Shown: positions 9,887-19,395, counted from the first letter of the stretch. The stretch is DNA of 64,000 nucleotides from Bacillota bacterium (GCA_023441055.1 JAEZQY010000001.1:81032-145031), one strand, 5' to 3'. The notes: generated by a model from the letters alone, not told the origin. Numbers and translations are program-made.

Positions 9887-10816
9887 ATGAACAGAAAGCT
9901 ATCCATGTGGGGGAAAATTAAAGCATACAAGCTCCATAATAGTATATACGCGATAATGATCTTATTCGTCTTCATGTCGCTGTCGATCTGGGTGTATATC
10001 GATGATCTGTTCGAGAACTTCCAGGTGGCCACTGATCTGGCGCTGGCATTCGCAACATCATTGCTAGCTACAATTTTCATGGTGCTGGCGGATGTCTATG
10101 TGAAATACAAGATGCATCAGAATGATCAATTTCTCGAGGGTGTGCATGAATTCGGCATCGACAATCTTCACTTCAATAAGCAGGAATTGCTGGAGCGTCT
10201 ATTGGAGGATTGTGATAAGGAGCTATGGATATCAGGCTATCGGCTCATCCTGACCAGCAAGATCACAGATGCCATTATGAAAGCGATCAAGCAGGGCGCT
10301 AAAGTACGAATCTTAGTCTCGCCTCCCTGGCTGAGCGGATTTCAATCCGTCTATGGACTTAACGATCGTGTCATGGACAATTATTGCAAGGTGTTCAGCG
10401 CGATTGTGAGAGCGAGCGCTGACGTACAGCAGACATGTGAGGTTCGGTTCACGAGCAAGCCATTGTTCAACGATACATACAAAGTGGATCAGCATCTGAT
10501 CACTGGTCCTTATATGCACAATCGTGACGAGGATAATAACCGGATTACCGCGAATGACTTCTTCACTTATGACTTGATCAAGAAGAGCAGGCTGTATCAA
10601 CTCGTGGAGAAGGAGTATCTCACCATCTGGGACGAAGCGGAAGAGATACTCGATTGGAACGAATTTGCGAAAGTAGCGGCTGCGTTCAGCATCCATGATT
10701 TACGAGAGCAAGAGAAAATTGGGATGATGCAAGGCGCGTGTGTGCGAACTACGCGCGCTGCGTCTGAGTTTGATCCGGTTGAAGCGCCTGCGCATGCTCA
10801 CACCTTGCCTTCATAG
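9887..10816 (+). CDS. Hypothetical membrane-anchored protein with a degenerate PLD-like C-terminal domain
   Basis: Two N-terminal hydrophobic helices. The C-domain has a PLD-fold-like pattern (ELWISGYRL...GAKVRILV...VRFTSKPLFNDTYKVDQHLITGPY) but no HxK catalytic motif. AAGGAG RBS. Visibly lower G+C than the neighbouring genes. Confidence 0.45.
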   Translation: MNRKLSMWGKIKAYKLHNSIYAIMILFVFMSLSIWVYIDDLFENFQVATDLALAFATSLLATIFMVLADVYVKYKMHQNDQFLEGVHEFGIDNLHFNKQELLERLLEDCDKELWISGYRLILTSKITDAIMKAIKQGAKVRILVSPPWLSGFQSVYGLNDRVMDNYCKVFSAIVRASADVQQTCEVRFTSKPLFNDTYKVDQHLITGPYMHNRDEDNNRITANDFFTYDLIKKSRLYQLVEKEYLTIWDEAEEILDWNEFAKVAAAFSIHDLREQEKIGMMQGACVRTTRAASEFDPVEAPAHAHTLPS

Positions 10817-12294
10817 ATATGGTACTGATTCTTGCCGCGCTCCTTGGATTGATACAGCGCAATATCTGCATGCTTGCAGAGCGTCTCCTCATCTGAGCCA
10901 TGCTCAGGAGCGATTGCAATCCCGATACTGAGCGAGACAGTAGGGCTGACGAGCTCAGCGGTGGATGTATACTGCTGCGCAGATTGCAGCAGGAGCTCTG
11001 CAGTTGCGATGATATCCTCTCGCGTAGTGGATGGCAGAATGATCATGAATTCATCGCCGCCTAAGCGGAAGCAGGAGTTGTTCCCGCGCGTAACCGCGCG
11101 AAGCAATTGCGCGAAGTTGATCAGCAGAGCGTCGCCCTGATCATGCCCCAGCTGGTCGTTCACTTGCTTGAAGTTATCGAGATCAATCATGAATAGCGCT
11201 GTGCATCCTTTATTCGTAAGAAGCGCATTCTGTATGGATTCGTCGAATGCAGCGCGATTCTTCAAGCCGGTCAGACTATCGTGAAAAGCTAGATACATCG
11301 GTCGGGCGATCCATCGGGAGATGCCGTAAGCGAGCAGGATGGCACCGAGGAAAATAATGCTCATCTGCAGCATGAAGATGCGAATATGATTGTCCAGCAC
11401 AGCTTGTAGTCGATCATCATGGTAGATGATCTCCAGAATCTTCTGCTGTGTAGTACCCTTATCATAGTTGGAGAGGTAATGAATGAATCTAGCTTTGGCA
11501 GGCATCCCTTCCCAAACCGTGTCGATTTCCGTCGGCTGGCCTGTTGTCAGCGTCTGTTGGAAAGCGATTCGGTGTTCTTCTGACAGCTTATGAGGGATTG
11601 GATTCCCCAGTGCTAACCCGCCGATGTTCAGGATGTTCATATCCAGGAACGCATGATTCTGGTTGCGAAGCTGGTCAACCATATGTAGGAAATTAAATTC
11701 CTGGAAGACCGGACTATCTTGAATGGAATATCCTAACTGAATGATATATCGCTGATCAGGTGTTGCCATGTAGCTGTACTTCGTAATTGTGCCAGTCGCC
11801 TGTTCGACATCGAATCCATCATGATAGAATTCGCCTGTCGTTCTGCGTTGGTCCAGTACCCTGGCGAGCTTGGTACAGCATAGGTTGAAATTAAGTCCAA
11901 CATCGGTGGGTACCGTGCTATGCGTAATGCTATTATTCTGATCAATCATATGAATGTCGAAGGATAGCAGTTGCTTCCACTCGGGTAATGACCAGTCATC
12001 CAGATTCGGGTTAGCCAGATAAGCCTGCTGAAGCTGGATAGATCCTTCACGCATCTTCTCTGTGATTTCTTCTGCAAGCAGGTAATTAGCCTTCTCGCTG
12101 TTCTCCAATGCGAATACAAGCCTGTCAATATCCTGCTGCAGTAGACGTTGCTCATACCGGATCGCTTGATCCTTCAGTCTAAAGTGATTTGTCGTGGCCA
12201 AGGTAATTGAGATAGCAAAGGTGAATATGACGATGATGAAGGTCAATTTAATACGGAAGTCGATACGCAAAATTATACACCTCTTGGGCTGCAT
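10798..12294 (-). CDS. Diguanylate cyclase (TM - extracytoplasmic sensor - TM - GGDEF)
   Basis: The C-terminal domain has RLGGDEF and the LKNR/DLDNFKQVND motifs, and two hydrophobic helices flank a sensor region of about 280 aa. An alternative TTG start at 12270 follows AAGAGGTG. The 3' end overlaps the convergent gene by 19 bp. Confidence 0.85.
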   Translation of the reverse strand: MQPKRCIILRIDFRIKLTFIIVIFTFAISITLATTNHFRLKDQAIRYEQRLLQQDIDRLVFALENSEKANYLLAEEITEKMREGSIQLQQAYLANPNLDDWSLPEWKQLLSFDIHMIDQNNSITHSTVPTDVGLNFNLCCTKLARVLDQRRTTGEFYHDGFDVEQATGTITKYSYMATPDQRYIIQLGYSIQDSPVFQEFNFLHMVDQLRNQNHAFLDMNILNIGGLALGNPIPHKLSEEHRIAFQQTLTTGQPTEIDTVWEGMPAKARFIHYLSNYDKGTTQQKILEIIYHDDRLQAVLDNHIRIFMLQMSIIFLGAILLAYGISRWIARPMYLAFHDSLTGLKNRAAFDESIQNALLTNKGCTALFMIDLDNFKQVNDQLGHDQGDALLINFAQLLRAVTRGNNSCFRLGGDEFMIILPSTTREDIIATAELLLQSAQQYTSTAELVSPTVSLSIGIAIAPEHGSDEETLCKHADIALYQSKERGKNQYHIYEGKV

Positions 12295-12379
12295 TTAATT
12301 GTCGAATGATAGTTGCTACCATTATACATGGAATACCTGCGTTTGTGATCATAACAATGACACGCACCACGCGCAGCGC

Positions 12380-12408
12380 TTGAAAACTTACAGGCTCCGT
12401 TATAGAAT
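12380..12408 (+). promoter_or_regulatory. Sigma-A-type promoter candidate for argS
   Basis: TTGAAA (12380-12385), 17-bp spacer, TAGAAT (12403-12408). Confidence 0.45.
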
Positions 12409-12448
12409 ATAACGATACACTAATGGAGTCGGAAAGGAAGTCGTCTGG

Positions 12449-14170
12449 ATGATGGATTATCGTTGGAAGATCGCGGAAGCGCTCAGCGGAGTAAGCGATG
12501 CGGTAACGACTGAGGAATTCGCAGGTCTTATTGAAGTGCCGCCGAATCCGCAGATGGGAGATTTCTCGCTCCCTTGCTTCAAGCTAAGCAAGTCTCTGCG
12601 TAAAGCGCCGCCGGTGATCGCGGAGGAGCTGCGCGCGGGAATTGATGCGGCTGGTCTTTATTTTGTCGAGAAGGTAGAAGCGGTGTCGGGGTATGTGAAT
12701 CTGTTCCTGGATCAAGCTGTGTTCGCGCGTGAGGTAATCAGTGGCGTGCTTGCTGCCGGAGAACGATATGGCGCGGACACACTAGGCTCGGGCAAGACGA
12801 TTGTCATCGATTTCTCCTCGCCGAATATCGCCAAGCCGTTCCATGTCGGCCATCTGCGCTCGACGATGATTGGACAAGCACTCGGCAATATTCATCGCTA
12901 CCTGGGCTACAACGTTGTCGGTATCAACCATCTGGGCGATTGGGGCACACAGTTCGGCAAGCAGATTGTCGCTTACAAGAAGTGGGGCAACGAAGCGGAC
13001 GTTGAGGCGAATGACGTACGGGAGCTCGTTCGCTTGTATGTGAAGTTCCATGAAGAGGCTGAGCAGCATCCAGAGCTGGAGGATGAGGCCCGGGCGGAGT
13101 TCCTCAAGCTGGAGCAGGGCGACCCAGAGGCGGTTAGGCTGTGGAAGTGGTTCATTGAGATCAGCTATCGCCAATTCAACAAGATTTATGAACTGCTCGG
13201 CGTCTCGTTCGATTCGCTGGCAGGCGAGAGCTTCTATAATGATAAGATGGCAGCGACTGTACAGGAGCTGGAGGAGAAGCAGCTGCTCACGGAGGATGAC
13301 GGCGCGCGTATTGTGCGTCTGGATGATTATAATATGCCGCCTGCGCTCATCATTAAGAGTGACGGCGCAACACTGTACCACACGCGCGATATAGCCGCCG
13401 CGCTGTATCGGCAGCAGACGTATGATTTCGAGAAGGCGATCTATGTGACGGATTACGCGCAGAATCTCCACTTCGCGCAGTGGTTCAAGGTAATCGAGCT
13501 GATGGGCTATGAATGGGCGTCCAAGCTGGTTCATGTTCCATTCGGCAGAGTCCATCTGGAGACAGGCGGATTCTCAACGCGTAAGGGGAATGCGATCTGG
13601 CTGGAGGATGTGCTCGCACAGGCGATCGCCAAGACAGCCGATATCATTGAAGCGAAGAACCCCGATCTGGAGAATAAGGAGCAGGTGGCCCGGGAGGTCG
13701 GCGTAGGCGCCATCGTATTCCATGATCTGAAGTCCAATCGGATTAAGGATGTCATCTTCTCCTGGGAGGAGATGCTCAGCTTCGATGGCGAGACCGGACC
13801 TTATGTGCAGTATACGCATGCTCGGGGCTGCAGCCTGCTGCGCAAGGCTGCTGATCAATATGGCGACGATAGCGAATCTACCCAGTGGCAAGAGGAGCTG
13901 CTGGTCGGACCGGAAGCCAGCCAAGTACTGACTGATCTGTACCAGTTCCCGGACCGTATTCGTCAGGCGATGGAGAAGCTGGAGCCATCGATCATCAGTC
14001 GACATCTGGTAGATCTGTCGCAGAGCTTCAACCGGTTCTATCATGAATGCCCGATTGTGGTTGAGGATACTCAGCTTCGTGCAGCCAGGTTGGCGTTAGT
14101 ACGCAGCACTGTACTCGTGCTTAAGACAGGCCTTGCCTTGATCGGTCTGGCAGCGCCTGAGAAGATATAA
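12449..14170 (+). CDS. argS: Arginine--tRNA ligase
   Basis: 573 aa. Contains the class I HIGH-type motif (PNIAKPFHVGHLRST) and a C-terminal anticodon-binding region that ends like ArgS proteins. Confidence 0.95.
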   Translation: MMDYRWKIAEALSGVSDAVTTEEFAGLIEVPPNPQMGDFSLPCFKLSKSLRKAPPVIAEELRAGIDAAGLYFVEKVEAVSGYVNLFLDQAVFAREVISGVLAAGERYGADTLGSGKTIVIDFSSPNIAKPFHVGHLRSTMIGQALGNIHRYLGYNVVGINHLGDWGTQFGKQIVAYKKWGNEADVEANDVRELVRLYVKFHEEAEQHPELEDEARAEFLKLEQGDPEAVRLWKWFIEISYRQFNKIYELLGVSFDSLAGESFYNDKMAATVQELEEKQLLTEDDGARIVRLDDYNMPPALIIKSDGATLYHTRDIAAALYRQQTYDFEKAIYVTDYAQNLHFAQWFKVIELMGYEWASKLVHVPFGRVHLETGGFSTRKGNAIWLEDVLAQAIAKTADIIEAKNPDLENKEQVAREVGVGAIVFHDLKSNRIKDVIFSWEEMLSFDGETGPYVQYTHARGCSLLRKAADQYGDDSESTQWQEELLVGPEASQVLTDLYQFPDRIRQAMEKLEPSIISRHLVDLSQSFNRFYHECPIVVEDTQLRAARLALVRSTVLVLKTGLALIGLAAPEKI

Positions 14171-14310
14171 GAACATAATGTGGTTAAGGAGCTGCGCATG
14201 GTCAAATTTGACTGTGGGCAGCTTTTGTGTGTTCAGAAAGCCTATAAATCCACAAGATTTCGGTCATACTAGTGCTGAATGCCGCTTATTATAGCAAGGA
14301 GGCGAAGTAA

Positions 14311-14514
14311 ATGTCGGCAAAGAAGGATTTCGATAATCTAGTTCAATATACCGCGGAGCGGCTAACGCATTATATTGAGACACCGAAGGAGCAGAGGAAA
14401 CGGATGCGCTTGGAACAGGCCCAGCGTAGAGAGAACTGGAGCTACAGGTGGTTTGGGATGCTCCCCTATGCGATTAAGCAATGGGTGCGGGGGGTGAAAG
14501 TAAAAAAAGAATAG
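14311..14514 (+). CDS. Small YqzE-like protein
   Basis: 67 aa. The pattern ...YIETPKEQRK...RWFGMLPYAIKQW resembles the Bacillus YqzE family as I recall it. Confidence 0.45.
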   Translation: MSAKKDFDNLVQYTAERLTHYIETPKEQRKRMRLEQAQRRENWSYRWFGMLPYAIKQWVRGVKVKKE

Positions 14515-14593
14515 ACATATTCCCAGTAATCAGATAAGATTATATCCTATAATCCAACTGAATTACTTGGTATTCGAAGGGCGTGGAGAATCT

Positions 14594-15655
14594 ATGATGA
14601 TATTCGCGATCGCAATCGGTCTATTCTTTGCTATGAATATCGGAGCTAGCGGCACAGCTGCGGCAATGGGCTCAGCCTACGGGGGCGGTGCAATCAATCG
14701 GAAGTGGATTGCAGTTGTGCTGGTGGCATTCGCCGCGTTGGCGGGCGCAGTGCTAGGCGGTGGTGAAGTCGTGAAGACCATCGGGAGCGGATTGATTGAA
14801 CCGAGTCTCATTACCGTCAAGATTTCCGTTATTATTCTGGTATCCGCCTGCATCACATTGTTCTACGCCAATCTAGTCGGCATTCCGCTCTCGACGAGTG
14901 AAGTAACTGTCGGAGCTGTTGTTGGTGTCGGTGTGGCGTATCAGACCATGTTTGTCAGCAAGATCCTGTTCATCGTCGGCGTCTGGCTCACGATGCCCTT
15001 CGTGGCGTTCGGTATCGCCTATCTATTGGCCAAGACAACACCCTTTATCGAGCGATGGTTAGGGAAGCTTGGCAAGCCAAAACTGGTTAAGGGCTTATTA
15101 GTCGCGTTTCTCATCTTCGCAGGCTGCTATGAGGCGTTCTCTGCGGGGATGAACAATGTCGCGAACGCCGTTGGACCGCTGGTAGGCGCTGGCATTATGA
15201 CTACTGAGGTTGGCGTATGGGTCGGCGGATTGTTCGTGGGCTTAGGCGCAATTCTGCTCGGTGGTAAGGTGCTGGAGACTAATGGTAAGAAGATTACGAA
15301 GCTATCCTTAATTAACGGCAGTTTCGTATCTATGACCAGCGGTACATTGGTGATTGTCGCCTCTGTCTTCGGCATACCTGTCCCATTGACACAAGCCACG
15401 ACAATGGCTATCTTCGGCGTCGGTCTGGCCGACCACGGACGCAAGCTCTGGGATAACGCCGTAGTGAAGCGGATTGTGAAGATCTGGCTCATCTCACCGC
15501 TCTCTTCATTAGTGGTCTCTTACTCATTGGTCGAATTCTTCATTCGCCAAAATTATTATGCGATCATTGTGGTGGCTAGCGTATTCATCATTACGGTCAC
15601 GTTCTTCGGCTTTAAGCGCTTGCGTCATCGTGAGTTTGAGGGAGAAGGCATCTAG
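14594..15655 (+). CDS. Inorganic phosphate (PiT-family) transporter
   Basis: Polytopic membrane protein with the duplicated PiT signature (NIGASGTAAAMG and GMNNVANAVGPLV). GTGGAG RBS precedes the ATG at 14594. Confidence 0.75.
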   Translation: MMIFAIAIGLFFAMNIGASGTAAAMGSAYGGGAINRKWIAVVLVAFAALAGAVLGGGEVVKTIGSGLIEPSLITVKISVIILVSACITLFYANLVGIPLSTSEVTVGAVVGVGVAYQTMFVSKILFIVGVWLTMPFVAFGIAYLLAKTTPFIERWLGKLGKPKLVKGLLVAFLIFAGCYEAFSAGMNNVANAVGPLVGAGIMTTEVGVWVGGLFVGLGAILLGGKVLETNGKKITKLSLINGSFVSMTSGTLVIVASVFGIPVPLTQATTMAIFGVGLADHGRKLWDNAVVKRIVKIWLISPLSSLVVSYSLVEFFIRQNYYAIIVVASVFIITVTFFGFKRLRHREFEGEGI

Positions 15656-15668
15656 GCGAGTGAGCTGC

Positions 15669-16052
15669 TTACAGGGGATACTCGCCCAGACCATACTCAG
15701 ATAACTGAAGCTTGCCGGAATCATCCATGCTCACAACCATATAGCCTATCGCTCGTTCCTGGTCGGATAAGATGACAATCCAGCCGTGCATGCCAGGACC
15801 GAGTGGCTCTCTGCGCCACTGAGCATGATGCCAGGCGGCGTATTCCTGTTGCTGGGAGAGCTCTGAAACCCAGCCCTTCACCGCCTCTTCGAAGCGCTCG
15901 GAGAAGGAACTCTCTGAGTCGGGGATAGCGAGCGTCTGTTCCATTGATTGGCTCGAATGGGGATGCGCAGCTTGCGCAGTCAAATGTATGGCTGAAGCAG
16001 ACATCAGGACAATTCCTCCTGATAGAACGGCAAGTATGAACATACGATTCAT
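15669..16052 (-). CDS. Hypothetical secreted protein
   Basis: 127 aa with an N-terminal signal-like segment (MNRMFILAVLSGGIVLMSASA). AAGGGTGG RBS. It is the last gene of the helicase-yqhG string. Confidence 0.5.
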   Translation of the reverse strand: MNRMFILAVLSGGIVLMSASAIHLTAQAAHPHSSQSMEQTLAIPDSESSFSERFEEAVKGWVSELSQQQEYAAWHHAQWRREPLGPGMHGWIVILSDQERAIGYMVVSMDDSGKLQLSEYGLGEYPL

Positions 16053-16103
16053 GTACCAACCACCCTTTAAATTAATCGTAATCGAAAGACGGATACACCG
16101 GCA

Positions 16104-17087
16104 TTATTGATAGCGAAAGCTATCCGAGAGCAAGTGATAATATCCGCAGTGGATAGGCGCAACCTCCACGCGCGGCTTATATTGCCACTCGATCTCTTCC
16201 TTGCGCCGGGTGTATTCAGCGGTCAGCTCATCTCTACGACGCGCTGCTTCAGTAGCGGCTTCGCTCATTGGCTCGACCTCGCTAGACGCATCGCGCTGCC
16301 CGCTATCCACGATTCGTTCTAGCTTCTCCTTCAGCGCTGCGCCGTAATAGCTGTCGATTCTAGCCATCTCTTCTTCCATTCTCTCCAATGCTTTACTGGC
16401 CCATTCATAATCGGCTTGGCGAAGCTGCTGCTCGATATACGATTCCAGCGTCATGACGGCTCGAGCGAGCGTAATCGACTCGCGCAGCATCGTTCGAGGC
16501 GGAATTCGTGAGGTCAGCTTCCTGACTCTGACGCGTTCCTCGAAGTCGGTGACGACCTCACCTGTATTCATACTGATCCCGAGCGAGATCATTTCCTCTC
16601 GCTTCATATCACAGATGAATTCAATCTTGTAGTTCACGCCAAGCCAAGTCGTATAGGGGACAGAGGAATACGTGCCCGCCGTGAGCTCGGGCGGTTCCTC
16701 GAACAGCTGCACATAGCGCCCCTTACTATGAGCGGAGTGGAAGATCTGCTCCAGCCTGCGTGAGCCGAAGACGACGGTCTCCTCCAATATGCGATTGGAC
16801 GGAGCTGCGAAGAGTGGCATCATTGCATTTCTGACAGGTGGCGAAGTCTCGCCGGGCGCTGCTGGGTCTTCTGGATTAGCCGGATCGAAGAGGAATTTCA
16901 TGCTCATCGTCTCGGGCTCAGCCCCGGTACGTTCAATGAAGCTCCAGTAATAGTGGCGCCCAGTCAGATCCAGATCCGCCTCAGGCGAGAGCTTGACCGT
17001 GAGATGCGCAGAGGACCGCTCCATGATATGGCAGCCTGTCGCGTCTAGATAACGTTCGCAATAAGCGGCAACCTGCTCCTTATTCAT
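16104..17087 (-). CDS. yqhG: YqhG-family protein
   Basis: It lies immediately downstream of the SNF2 helicase and overlaps it, as yqhG does in Bacillus. I placed the start at MNKEQVAAYCERYL (overlap with the helicase stop). Confidence 0.6.
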   Translation of the reverse strand: MNKEQVAAYCERYLDATGCHIMERSSAHLTVKLSPEADLDLTGRHYYWSFIERTGAEPETMSMKFLFDPANPEDPAAPGETSPPVRNAMMPLFAAPSNRILEETVVFGSRRLEQIFHSAHSKGRYVQLFEEPPELTAGTYSSVPYTTWLGVNYKIEFICDMKREEMISLGISMNTGEVVTDFEERVRVRKLTSRIPPRTMLRESITLARAVMTLESYIEQQLRQADYEWASKALERMEEEMARIDSYYGAALKEKLERIVDSGQRDASSEVEPMSEAATEAARRRDELTAEYTRRKEEIEWQYKPRVEVAPIHCGYYHLLSDSFRYQ

Positions 17088-18780
17088 GTACGGCTCCTCG
17101 CGCAGACGCAATTGTATCGCCGATCTTGACTAGTCCACGCTTGATATCCTCATCCGTCTCGGCTTCGAGCATTATGCGATTCAATCGCTGCTCGAAGGTT
17201 GCGTCCTGCTCCAGCCGCTCGAGAATCGTATCCAGCTCGCCGATAACCAGCTCGAACATATTGATCTTCTCATGCAGCAGGCTGACAAGGTGCTCTTCGA
17301 TCGTGCCCAGTGTGCACAGATTGTAGATGTTCACATCGCAAGTCTGCCCCAGACGATGTACGCGGCCAATCCGCTGTTCGACCCGCATCGGATTCCAGGG
17401 CAAGTCGAAGTTGATGATGTTGTGACAGAACTGCAGATTTATGCCTTCTCCGCCAGCCTCGGTGGCGACCAGCACCTGAGCACGCCCGCGGAACTTGTCC
17501 ATCATCCAATCCTTCTTGCCACGGTTCATCCCGCCGCGATACGGCACTGCTGTCAGATTGTGATCGCTGAAGAACTTCAGCAGATACTCCTGCGTTGCGC
17601 GGTATTCTGTGAACACAATCACCTTGTCGTCGACCTCCCGTATCAGCTCCAGCGTCTTATCTGCCTTCGTATTCGAGGCGATTCCCTTAATCAAGCTGAC
17701 GAGCTCCCAGATCCGTTCACGATAGGGGGAATCCTCCGGTGTCTTCTTAAACAGATTCACTAATGTTAAGAATACTGCGTCTCTGCTGGAGCATACTTCA
17801 CGCTGCAGCGTCACCAGCGACAGCATACTGCTGGCGACTATTCCAGCCTCACGCACACGATCCCGCACGAAGCTGGTCACGCCCTCATAGAGCGCTTGTT
17901 CTTCTGCGGACAAGGTGAGCGGTATATTCTTCACATTCCGCTTAGTGAAGGAGATGCCTCCGTCGCCTCTGCGATTGCGGATCATCACCTTGGCCAACTC
18001 GTCATGCAGCGCCTCCTTGTTCTTCGGCCTACGCTTGTGTGCGACGTAATCAGCAGTGAACTTGCCCTCGGCACCTAATTGCCCCGGCTTAAGCATCGTG
18101 ATCAGATTGTACAGCTCGCTCATATCATTCTGCACAGGTGTGGCGGTCAGCATTAAGCAATACTTCTTGTGAATCTGGCTGACAAAGCTGTAATTCGTTG
18201 TATTCTTATTCTTCAGCTTATGGGCTTCATCGATAATGAGCATGTCGTACTCCTGAGCAAGCACCAGCTCGCGATGCGGGTCCCGCTTGGCGGTATCCAT
18301 AGATGCCACAAGCACATCCGCGCTCTCCCACATATAGGATTTCTTCTGCGCCATCGCAGGGATACCGAACTTCTGATTCAGCTCCCTCACCCATTGCAGC
18401 ACCAGTGAAGCCGGCACGAGAATGAGCACCTTATGCGCGAGACCGCGCACCATATATTCCTTCAGGATGAGTCCGGCTTCTATCGTCTTGCCTAGTCCAA
18501 CCTCATCCGCTAGAATCGCTCGGCCGCGCATCTCGTAGAGCACGCGCCTCGCTGTATCGATCTGATGAGCCATCGGTGTAACATCTTGCAGGAGCGGGAG
18601 GGCCTGCAGTTCATCGAAGCTGCGCACGAGCTTGCTGGCAGTGGCCTCGCTGGCGAGCTGCGCCATCTCATAGCGATCCCACGGGCCGTTATTCTCATTC
18701 CTAGCGGTTAACTCCTCACACCAGCCACGCGAGAAGCGTACCTGAACAAGCGAATTGATCGGCTTCAGGATATCCTGCAT
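17080..18780 (-). CDS. SNF2-family DEAD/DEAH-box helicase (YqhH-like)
   Basis: Contains motif I (DEVGLGKT), motif II (DEAHKLKN) and the helicase C-domain (QRIGRVHRLGQ). A strong GAGGAGGAGG RBS is present. Confidence 0.9.
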   Translation of the reverse strand: MQDILKPINSLVQVRFSRGWCEELTARNENNGPWDRYEMAQLASEATASKLVRSFDELQALPLLQDVTPMAHQIDTARRVLYEMRGRAILADEVGLGKTIEAGLILKEYMVRGLAHKVLILVPASLVLQWVRELNQKFGIPAMAQKKSYMWESADVLVASMDTAKRDPHRELVLAQEYDMLIIDEAHKLKNKNTTNYSFVSQIHKKYCLMLTATPVQNDMSELYNLITMLKPGQLGAEGKFTADYVAHKRRPKNKEALHDELAKVMIRNRRGDGGISFTKRNVKNIPLTLSAEEQALYEGVTSFVRDRVREAGIVASSMLSLVTLQREVCSSRDAVFLTLVNLFKKTPEDSPYRERIWELVSLIKGIASNTKADKTLELIREVDDKVIVFTEYRATQEYLLKFFSDHNLTAVPYRGGMNRGKKDWMMDKFRGRAQVLVATEAGGEGINLQFCHNIINFDLPWNPMRVEQRIGRVHRLGQTCDVNIYNLCTLGTIEEHLVSLLHEKINMFELVIGELDTILERLEQDATFEQRLNRIMLEAETDEDIKRGLVKIGDTIASARGAVHE

Positions 18781-18797
18781 GTCGCCGCAACCTCCTC

Positions 18798-18990
18798 CTC
18801 GTGAATTAACGTTGTGACTAACCCGGCGATTAATTCACAGCCGCCTTGGCGTGTCCTCGTGAATTAACGTTGTGACCAACCCCGGCGATTTACTCGCATA
18901 AAGACAATGACGCCGTCATTCGCGAGTAAACGCTGATACGATTAATTCGCAGCCGCCTTGGCGTGTCCTCGTGAATTAACGTTGTGACTA
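18798..18990. repeat. Dispersed intergenic hairpin element, three copies
   Basis: CTCGTGAATTAACGTTGTGAC occurs at 18798-18818, 18856-18876 and 18968-18988. A 50-nt version (CGATTAATTC[A/G]CAGCCGCCTTGGCGTGTCCTCGTGAATTAACGTTGTGAC) occurs at 18827-18876 and 18939-18988 with one mismatch. It contains a 9-bp inverted repeat, TTAATTCAC-N20-GTGAATTAA. Confidence 0.85.
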
Positions 18991-19175
18991 ACCTATGCGT
19001 GATCTCGTGAGTAAACATTGGATGACATTCGATTATTAGTATGCGCATCAAGTGATAGTTTCCATGCATAACCGACAACTTCGAATGAGGGAAAACGGAA
19101 TCTAGGAGGACAAGGGCGGCTGAAAAACATCAGTTGGGGAGGTTGCCCCAATGGGCAATAAAGTGATGGGGAGAC

Positions 19176-19395
19176 GTGCGTGCAGCGCCGGAAAGTGAAG
19201 CTGCATGATACTGTTCGAGGTAACTGGTGCATGTAACGTCGGAAAGTGAAGCTGCATGGTGCTGTGCGAGATAACTGGTGCGTGCAGCACCGGAAAGTGA
19301 AGCTGCATGGTGCTGTGCGAGATAACTGGTGCGTGCAGCGCCGGAAAGTGAAGCTGTATAGTGCTCATGTCGAATTAATCGGTGCGTGTAGCGCC
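19176..19395. repeat. 51-bp tandem repeat, 4 full units plus a partial fifth
   Basis: GGAAAGTGAAGCTG recurs at 19190, 19241, 19292 and 19343, an exact 51-bp period. Units span 19176-19226, 19227-19277, 19278-19328 and 19329-19379, and a partial unit starts at 19382. Confidence 0.9.

Noticed and set aside
12295-12448. A possible T-box leader upstream of argS.
   Set aside because: Only about 150 bp are available, and about 40 nt remain after the predicted promoter. I see no specifier-loop/T-box (AGGGTGGNACCGCG-like) sequence and no terminator/antiterminator pair.
12782-13555. A 257-aa ORF on the minus strand inside argS. Similar long antisense ORFs occur at 772-1326, 8367-8717, 33778-34638, 43607-43984 and 51718-52263.
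   Set aside because: Each lies fully inside, and antisense to, a gene with strong family motifs and a good RBS. None has an RBS, and their compositions are odd (Arg/Leu/Ser-rich). They are typical shadow ORFs of mid-GC coding DNA.
19176-19395. The tandem arrays here and at 42722-42846, 40737-40831 and 25596-25706 considered as CRISPR arrays.
   Set aside because: The repeats are directly abutting, or separated by 3 to 17 bp of spacer, with no unique 30-40-bp spacers. There are only 2 to 5 units. No cas genes occur in the window.
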